The translations under genes and the position numbers were made by a program. The notes beneath the pieces were generated by a model. It was not told where the DNA came from, made no database searches, and was given only the letters and a program-made list of their open reading frames with translations. 64,000 nucleotides of DNA from an uncultured Rikenellaceae bacterium (GTDB lineage: Bacteria; Bacteroidota; Bacteroidia; Bacteroidales; VadinHA17): contig CAYQZL010000004.1 of the NCBI GenBank assembly GCA_964421975.1, positions 818-64,817 of the forward strand. Direction: 5' to 3'. This document shows, piece by piece, positions 54,942-61,764 of this stretch; position 1 is the stretch's first letter; each line of letters begins with the position of its first letter.

Positions 54942-56093
54942 ATGGGAAAGAAAAGAAGCATTGAGGAGATCAACGGGAAGATCCGCAGCGGAAAAGCTGT
55001 GGTTCTGACTGCTGAACAGGTATCAGCTATGGCAAAAAAAATGACCCCTGCAGAGGTATTCGACAGGGTTGATGTGGTAACAACAGCAACATTCGGACCT
55101 ATGTGCTCGTCGGGTGTTTTTATCAATTTTGGTCATACCACTCCTCCTATGCGCATGGAAAGGATAACACTTAATAACGTTCCCGCATATGGCGGAATAG
55201 CTGCTGTTGATGCATATCTTGGAGCTACAGAAACAGCGATGCCACAGGATGAATATGGAGGCGCGCATGTTATTGAGGAACTTATTGCCGGAAAGGATGT
55301 TCTGCTTCAGGCTTCTGCGAAAGGGACAGATTGTTACCCCAGGACTGAATTAAAGACTCTGATAAACAAAAGCACGATCAATGAATTCATAATGTTCAAT
55401 CCGCGGAACGCTTATCAGAACTATAATGTTGCGGTAAACAGTACAAAAAAGATCAAATACACCTACATGGGTACTCTTCTTCCCTCATTCGGGAATGCAA
55501 ATTTCTCGACTTCGGGTGAACTGAGCCCCCTCCTTAATGATCCTGAACTGCGGACAATAGGGATAGGAACAAGGATCCTTATGGGAGGTACCATAGGATA
55601 TGTTGCCTGGCACGGGACGCAATTCAACACCGGAAAACCTTTGAATGAAAACGGTATTCCGGTCGGTAATGCTGCAACCCTGGCACTTATAGGTGATGCA
55701 AAACAGATGAGCACGAGGTTCATAAAAGCAGCATATTTCGAAAAATACGGTGTGTCAATGTTCGTTGGAATAGGGATACCGGTTCCCGTTATTGATGATG
55801 ATATGGCCCGCAGGGTCTCTGTCTGCAACCGCCAGATAGAAACCAATGTTATGGATTACGGATCGGAAAATCACGATATACTGGGACGTGCCGATTATGA
55901 ATCCCTTTTCTCCGGAAAAATTCGTCTGGATGGGAAAATGATACGTACAGCACCTCTGTCGAGTGTTAAAATAGCACGCGAAATTGCTGATATCCTCAGA
56001 AATGAAATTGCCTCGGGCCGGTTTTTACTTACTCAGCCGGTTTCATCTTTCACTAAGACAAGCGGACTGAATAGTCTGGAGATCAGAATTTGA
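54942..56093 (+). CDS. DUF39/COG1900 homocysteine biosynthesis protein (MA1821-like)
   Basis: 383 aa. VDVVTTATFGPMCSSG, GGAHVIEELIAGK and NPRNAYQNY... are typical of the COG1900 family. No CBS domains. Confidence 0.8.
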   Translation: MGKKRSIEEINGKIRSGKAVVLTAEQVSAMAKKMTPAEVFDRVDVVTTATFGPMCSSGVFINFGHTTPPMRMERITLNNVPAYGGIAAVDAYLGATETAMPQDEYGGAHVIEELIAGKDVLLQASAKGTDCYPRTELKTLINKSTINEFIMFNPRNAYQNYNVAVNSTKKIKYTYMGTLLPSFGNANFSTSGELSPLLNDPELRTIGIGTRILMGGTIGYVAWHGTQFNTGKPLNENGIPVGNAATLALIGDAKQMSTRFIKAAYFEKYGVSMFVGIGIPVPVIDDDMARRVSVCNRQIETNVMDYGSENHDILGRADYESLFSGKIRLDGKMIRTAPLSSVKIAREIADILRNEIASGRFLLTQPVSSFTKTSGLNSLEIRI

Positions 56094-56211
56094 TGTTTAA
56101 CTTTAAAAGAAAACCATGAAACCCACATGATTGAACACTATCACAAACACGTATAAATTTAATATACAATCATGTGTGGTTCAATCATACCATGAAAATT
56201 AAAATTATATT

Positions 56212-56625
56212 ATGATGAAAAGCAAAAGATTTGTTCTGACATTTCCCCCGGATGCAACCGGTCAGCCTATAACATATAACCTTATCAAGAAATATGATAT
56301 AATGGTTAATATCGTAAAAGCCAATGTTTCTCCGGGAGAAATAGGACACCTGGTAATAGAGATGACGGCTCCTGCCAAAGTGCTGAAGGAAGGAATGGAC
56401 TATATCAAGCAAAATAATGTTGAATGTGAGCCTATCGATAAGAAAATAACCTGCAGACAGGATCTCTGTATCCACTGCGGAGCCTGCTCTGCTGTTTGTT
56501 TTGCCGGTGCCCTTACAATGAAATCCGACACAGCCGAACTTCTTTTTGAACCCGAAAAATGTGTGGTATGTGAGCTTTGTCTGAAAGCCTGTCCGTTGAA
56601 ACTCTTTTCAATCGATCTTGGCTAA
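56212..56625 (+). CDS. NIL domain + 2x[4Fe-4S] ferredoxin protein (MA1822-like)
   Basis: 137 aa. NIL-like N-terminus (QPITYNLIKKYDIMVNIVKANV), then CIHCGACSAVC and CVVCELCLKACP. Confidence 0.8.
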   Translation: MMKSKRFVLTFPPDATGQPITYNLIKKYDIMVNIVKANVSPGEIGHLVIEMTAPAKVLKEGMDYIKQNNVECEPIDKKITCRQDLCIHCGACSAVCFAGALTMKSDTAELLFEPEKCVVCELCLKACPLKLFSIDLG

Positions 56626-57379
56626 AAATCATGAATATCAGCCCAGATTCTACCGCCAGTCAATGGGTAACCACAGGTGGAAGAGCTTCAGATCGGTTTA
56701 CAGGGAAACCGATCTGTGGATCGCAGTAGATACAGAAAGCTATTCAGAAACAACCGTAAATTATACATCTGACCGTATCAGATATTACCGGAATATACTT
56801 GATAAATATATCAGGAATCACCCTGAATTCAGGGATTCACTTGTACCTGTTGAAACAGGAAAAAACACACACAGGATTATCAGGGAAATGTCAGGTGCTG
56901 CACGTAAAGCCGGTACCGGACCTATGAGTGCCGTGGCAGGCGCAATAGCGGAATTTATATGTAAAGACCTTTGTAAGGAATCCGGAGCTTCTGAAGTAAT
57001 TATTGAAAATGGAGGAGATATCTTTTTGAAGCTGAAAAATCAGGCAACCATATCGGTTTATGCAGGCAATTCACCCCTTTCGGGGAAAATACGCCTTGTC
57101 ATCAAACCTGAAGACACACCTCTTTCCGTATGTACCTCATCCGGAACAACAGGTCATTCTCTTAGTTTCGGTAATGCAGATGCATGTACAATAGCCTGCC
57201 GCTCAGGAGCACTGGCTGATGCATATGCAACTGCATTCTGCAACGAAGTCAAAAATAAAGATATGGTTCCTGAAATTACAGAAAAAGTCCTTCAAAAGCC
57301 TGATATTATTTCCGTTGTGATCATTATGGATGACAAGGTGGGTCTCGGCGGAAAGTTAACAGTCAATTTGCATTCCTGA
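56618..57379 (+). CDS. UPF0280/COG2122 ApbE-like protein
   Basis: 253 aa. The TTG start overlaps the upstream stop (cTTGgcTAA). Motifs PRFYR, ETDLWI, GPMSAVAGAIAE, ENGGDI, SSGTTGHSLSFGNADA and ADAYATA. Confidence 0.75.
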   Translation: MAKNHEYQPRFYRQSMGNHRWKSFRSVYRETDLWIAVDTESYSETTVNYTSDRIRYYRNILDKYIRNHPEFRDSLVPVETGKNTHRIIREMSGAARKAGTGPMSAVAGAIAEFICKDLCKESGASEVIIENGGDIFLKLKNQATISVYAGNSPLSGKIRLVIKPEDTPLSVCTSSGTTGHSLSFGNADACTIACRSGALADAYATAFCNEVKNKDMVPEITEKVLQKPDIISVVIIMDDKVGLGGKLTVNLHS

Positions 57380-57423
57380 TAATTGTTGAGTATCTTTAAC
57401 TATTTCACCGTTAACATAAGACT

Positions 57424-57834
57424 ATGAGCAGGATAATAATGAACAGACTGGATTATTCCAGGATTTTGAAATGTATAGATGATGCGAAAAACCTGAAAAC
57501 AATAAACGTTGACGAAGCCGAAAAGCTTCTGAACGAACTCAATTCAGCAACTATTGTTGATCCTCATGAAGTTCCTGTTGATGTTGTTACGATGAATTCC
57601 ATAGTTAAGATCAGATTCGTGAATACAAACAAACAGGTTCAGTTCCGGATCGTTTATCCCGATGAGGCTAATGTCAGAGAAAATAAAATATCTATTTTTT
57701 CTCCCGTGGCCACAGCTCTTATCGGATATAAGGTCAACGATGAAATAGAATGGATTGTTCCTTCCGGGATGACTAAAATAAGGATTGAAGAGATCATTTA
57801 TCAGCCTGAAGCGGCAGGAGATTATAATCTTTAG
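57424..57834 (+). CDS. GreA/GreB C-terminal-domain protein (Rnk-like regulator)
   Basis: 136 aa. VTMNSIVKIRF...ISIFSPVATALIGYKVNDEIEW matches the Rnk/GreA C-terminal fold signature. Confidence 0.75.
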   Translation: MSRIIMNRLDYSRILKCIDDAKNLKTINVDEAEKLLNELNSATIVDPHEVPVDVVTMNSIVKIRFVNTNKQVQFRIVYPDEANVRENKISIFSPVATALIGYKVNDEIEWIVPSGMTKIRIEEIIYQPEAAGDYNL

Positions 57835-57922
57835 ATCATTTCCGGGAACCAGCTTCTTCCCCTCTTTATGTTCTTTTGTGATCGCCCTGGTGCCCTACTA
57901 TATAACTAATTTAAAAAACTTA

Positions 57923-58042
57923 CACAGAGATCCACAGAGGTTCACAGAGATCCACAGAGAATCGATTTACTAACTCTGTGGAACTCTGTGACTTTTTCAC
58001 CCACCGAAGCCTTGGCGCAGGTGGGCTCTGTGGGACTCAGTG
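57923..58042. repeat. 4+4 word-hairpin array (CACAGAG x4 at an exact 10-bp period) whose right arm is split by a 35-bp insert carrying its own hairpin
   Basis: CACAGAG at 57923, 57933, 57943 and 57953. CTCTGTG at 57974, 57984 and 58026, and CTCAGTG at 58036. The insert at 57991-58025 contains cccacc...ggtggg. Confidence 0.9.
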
Positions 58043-58109
58043 TAATTGAGAGTTATTTTTTTTGATGTTCCCATTTTTTATTGATGGGTGTAAACTTCGT
58101 GGCAAATTC

Positions 58110-59546
58110 TTATTCCTTTCCTCCAGATCTAAATGGGACTTCCTCAACATTCAGTTCCGGGAATGACTTACCCAGTTCTTTTTTGATGTTGTTATATTCC
58201 GGATCACCTGCAAGGTTTTTCCATTCCAAGGGGTCATTCTCGTGATCGTAAAGCTCTTCGGAACCATCTTCATATCTTATATACCTCCATCTTTCCGAAC
58301 GGATTGAATGACGGTTTCGACCCTTGGTAGTCAAAGCCGGATAATCCCACTTTTCATTAACATTCTTAAGCAGAGGTACAATACTACGTCCCTCATTTTC
58401 TGTGTTACCGGGAATTCCGCAAAGCGCTGTCAGAGTGGGATAAAGATCTAACAGGTTTACCATTGCTTTACAGCGCTGTCCGGGCTTTGTCATACCGGGC
58501 ACTTTGATTATCAGGGGCATGCGGCATGATTCTTCCCATAATGTGAATTTTTTATACCTCAGTTTCTCACCGAGATGCCATCCATGATCTCCCCAGAGAA
58601 CCACAACAGTATTGTCAGCATATTTGCTTTTTGCAAGGGCATTGAGAACAACGCCGACACAAGTATCAGCATAGTTTATACATGCGAGATATGCCCGGAT
58701 TGCTTCTTTCTGCTTATTGTATTTTTTTACCGAGAAGTAATTCTTCTGAGGCTGAAGAGCAGCAGAAGGAATATCATCATAATCATTTTCATTTACTTCG
58801 GGAAGAACCAGGATTTCCGGATCAAATTTGTCATAAAATTCCTTCGGAACAAACCATGTGAGATGAGGCCGGAATATCCCGCAGGCAAGAAAGAATGGTT
58901 TATCATGATCCAATGACAACTGATCTGCCGCCCATTTTGCATTAAGATAGTCCGGGGTATCTTCCAATACCCCATCTGTAGGTCCCCAGTCGAGATTGCC
59001 ATCCACCTCCCCCACAGGTATACCGTTTACCATATAGCCTTCCTGATTAACAGTATTCCCATAACTCCCTTCAGTGTTAACATGGAGATCCCATGACTGT
59101 GGATCTGCCCATGGACCGTTGGCATTATGAAATATTTTGCCTCTGGCCATTGAGAAGTAACCATTATTCGAAAACCATTTCGGGAGGGTAACGGCATTTT
59201 TCAGGAGCTCTGAATCCCGCATAAAGCTCTCATTTTCATAAATACCACTTGTTGAAGGTCTGTATCCCGTCAGAAGGGCAACTCTTGATGGATTGCTCAG
59301 CGGGGCAGCACAATAAGCCCTTTCAAAAACAACACCCTCCGATGCCAGCCTGTCCATATTCGGAGTCTGTGTCTGCGGATGCCCTCCAAGAAAACCTGTC
59401 CAGTCATTAAGATCGTCAATGGCTATAAACAGGATATTATAAGGCTGCTTCTGCTCTTTTCCGGTTTTATTCCCACAGGAAGACAAAAGACCAGCTAATG
59501 CAGCACCAATAAGAATGGTACCGGTATTTAATGTCGGACAGTTCAT
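58110..59546 (-). CDS. Sulfatase family S1 lipoprotein, Ser-type, iduronate-2-sulfatase-like
   Basis: 478 aa with the lipobox LLSSCGN. The signature APLSNPSRVALLTGYRPSTSGIY has Ser at the formylglycine position and resembles the IDS motif [20 protein letters not shown]. Confidence 0.8.
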   Translation of the reverse strand: MNCPTLNTGTILIGAALAGLLSSCGNKTGKEQKQPYNILFIAIDDLNDWTGFLGGHPQTQTPNMDRLASEGVVFERAYCAAPLSNPSRVALLTGYRPSTSGIYENESFMRDSELLKNAVTLPKWFSNNGYFSMARGKIFHNANGPWADPQSWDLHVNTEGSYGNTVNQEGYMVNGIPVGEVDGNLDWGPTDGVLEDTPDYLNAKWAADQLSLDHDKPFFLACGIFRPHLTWFVPKEFYDKFDPEILVLPEVNENDYDDIPSAALQPQKNYFSVKKYNKQKEAIRAYLACINYADTCVGVVLNALAKSKYADNTVVVLWGDHGWHLGEKLRYKKFTLWEESCRMPLIIKVPGMTKPGQRCKAMVNLLDLYPTLTALCGIPGNTENEGRSIVPLLKNVNEKWDYPALTTKGRNRHSIRSERWRYIRYEDGSEELYDHENDPLEWKNLAGDPEYNNIKKELGKSFPELNVEEVPFRSGGKE

Positions 59547-59548
59547 GT

Positions 59549-60667
59549 TCAGATCTTAATAAATAACTTGTTTTTATACAGCCAGTAACATAAATACCAG
59601 AAACCTGCCCATACTGCGAGACTGGTCAGGATACTCACCGTAAGATCCCCGGTCGGGGATAAAAACAATTTTATAAACGGTCCTGTAATTTTTTCTATCA
59701 GATCTCCGCTTCCTATGTGGAAAAATATATAAATGAAGATACTGTTCATCCCTACTACAATAAAGAACCATGCAATTTTCGGGAATAATTTCTTAACATC
59801 TATAAGCCAGTAGCATAAGCAAAGGGCAAGGATCGTCCATCCTCCGCTGGCAAATACAAATGACGATGTGGCGATTTTCTTGATAATAGGTGTTACACTC
59901 AGAAGATCGAGAGCATAACCTATTGCCAGCGCAGTTATCCCGGCAAATAAAAGTATTTTAATTTTCTCTTTAGGTTTTTTTTCACTCATCAATACTTTAC
60001 CACAAAGGACACCCCATACAGTATGTGCTGTAGTTGATACGAAGTTCAGAGTTGCCCATATACTTGCTTTATCCACTCCTTCTATAGTATTGTTGAACCA
60101 TGAACCCAGGTTTTTATAGGGAACCCATGGCTGATTGAATCCCTCGACCGGGAAAAAACGATAGGCAAGATCAATCAGCAGCAGGATAATCAGAGTGAAC
60201 AGGATCTGAAACTTAAAACTCTTATTCCTTATAAGGAAGGCAACAATGTAGGTCACGGACAGTTGTGCAAGAACATTCTGGAACCTGAACACAAGATGAT
60301 CAGCCTCTATAAAATATAATGCCCAACCGAAAAATAACAACAGAAATGATCTTTTGAATGCATGCCGGTAAATTTTATTTATACTGTCACCTTTTCTTAT
60401 CCTGTTGGCAACTGCAAAAGGGATTGCAACACCCACAATAAACATAAAGAATGGCTGAATAAGATCCCAGAAGTGAAGACCATGCCATTCATGATGTTCA
60501 AGTTGTGTGCCGAGAAACTGAAAGAACCCGCTGTCAATCTTAAGCAGTTTACCATAAAGGTGAGTGGCTTCACCTGCAAGAAGAAACATTGTAAAACCGC
60601 GGAAGAAATCGACTGAAGTAACTCTTCCCGGCAAAGGAGAAAGTGGTGTTTGAGGATTTGAATTCAT
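59549..60667 (-). CDS. HGSNAT-like (DUF5009/COG4299) polytopic membrane acyl/acetyltransferase
   Basis: The ATG at 60667 (MNSNPQ...) is preferred over the track start at 60745. RVTSVDFFRGFTMFLL and HHEWHGLHFWDLIQPFFMFIVG match the family's N-terminal motifs. About 10 TM helices. Its stop lies 3 nt from the sulfatase start. Confidence 0.65.
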   Translation of the reverse strand: MNSNPQTPLSPLPGRVTSVDFFRGFTMFLLAGEATHLYGKLLKIDSGFFQFLGTQLEHHEWHGLHFWDLIQPFFMFIVGVAIPFAVANRIRKGDSINKIYRHAFKRSFLLLFFGWALYFIEADHLVFRFQNVLAQLSVTYIVAFLIRNKSFKFQILFTLIILLLIDLAYRFFPVEGFNQPWVPYKNLGSWFNNTIEGVDKASIWATLNFVSTTAHTVWGVLCGKVLMSEKKPKEKIKILLFAGITALAIGYALDLLSVTPIIKKIATSSFVFASGGWTILALCLCYWLIDVKKLFPKIAWFFIVVGMNSIFIYIFFHIGSGDLIEKITGPFIKLFLSPTGDLTVSILTSLAVWAGFWYLCYWLYKNKLFIKI

Positions 60668-60881
60668 ATCAGTTTTGGTTAGATTTGATCGTATAAAAAA
60701 CTTTTTTGATCTGGATTTCTGAAAAATAATAATTGAGTAAGTCAAACTTAAGAATTTTTAAAATCATATTTCAAACACCCTGAAATAAAAAAGATTTTCA
60801 GCAAAATTCATCCTGCCTGTAATTTTATTAGTTTTACAAAAATGACGGTCAGCAGGCAGAATTTAATAAAATTTAAAACCT

Positions 60882-61748
60882 ATGAATAAAGCATCCACTT
60901 CCGGAATTTCGGGATTTAAGATAATTATCCTGATCCTGTCAATAAACCTAATATGGATTGAAACTGGCAGATCTCAGACGAAGATTTATATAAATACTGA
61001 TCTTGAAGGAATAAGCGGTGTATTCAAATTCTCCCAGACAAGAGAGAAAGATACACCTCTTAATATACAGGCATGTGAGTATTTCATGGGTGATCTGGCT
61101 GCAGTTATCAGAGGTCTCCGTGATGGAGGAGCAGATGAAATTGTTGTCCTTGACGGACATGGCACGCAGGCAATTCTGCCTCACCTGATGGTCCCCGGAG
61201 CAAGATATATAACCGGACTCCCGAGATATGGAGCAGGAAATCTTACGGATCTGGATTCAACATTTGCAGGACAGATCCTTCTTGGGTTTCACGCAATGAT
61301 GGGTACGCCTGATGGAGTATTGTGCCATACACAATCATCTAGATCGGAAAACCGCTACTGGTATAACGGTGTTGAATCGGGAGAAATAGTTCAGAGCTCT
61401 GCTGTGGGAGGTTATTTCGGTGTACCCACAATTATGGTTACTGGAGATGAAGCAACATGTCGTGAAGCAAGAAAATTCCTGGGTGAAAACATAGTAACTG
61501 TTGCGACCAAGCGTGGCATTTCGAGGGAAGCTGCTGAGCTCTATCCTTTTGAGGAAACAAGGAAAGCTCTTTATGAAGGAGCCAAAAAAGCCATGAGTGT
61601 AATTAAATCATGTAAACTTTACATCCTTAAAACTCCAATTCATATAAAAGAACAGCGGCTTAACCTGGATCCCTCCCTGCCAAAACCAGTAGTTGTTACA
61701 AGAGAAGGTTATGCTGAGAATGCACTTCATATCTTTACCTGGAAATAA
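60882..61748 (+). CDS. M55 (DppA D-aminopeptidase-like) family protein with an N-terminal hydrophobic extension
   Basis: 288 aa. KIYINTDLEGISGV and GADEIVVLDGHGT match M55. These motifs are preceded by about 33 residues that include FKIIILILSINLIWI. Confidence 0.65.
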   Translation: MNKASTSGISGFKIIILILSINLIWIETGRSQTKIYINTDLEGISGVFKFSQTREKDTPLNIQACEYFMGDLAAVIRGLRDGGADEIVVLDGHGTQAILPHLMVPGARYITGLPRYGAGNLTDLDSTFAGQILLGFHAMMGTPDGVLCHTQSSRSENRYWYNGVESGEIVQSSAVGGYFGVPTIMVTGDEATCREARKFLGENIVTVATKRGISREAAELYPFEETRKALYEGAKKAMSVIKSCKLYILKTPIHIKEQRLNLDPSLPKPVVVTREGYAENALHIFTWK

Positions 61749-61764
61749 AAATATCATCCCCTTT

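Noticed and set aside
57785-57973. 62-aa + strand ORF (…HRDPQRFTEIHRE…), and likewise ORF 16929..17147
   Set aside because: These are read-throughs of the CACAGAG array and the CTCACCT tract. They are low-complexity, have no plausible start context, and overlap better genes.
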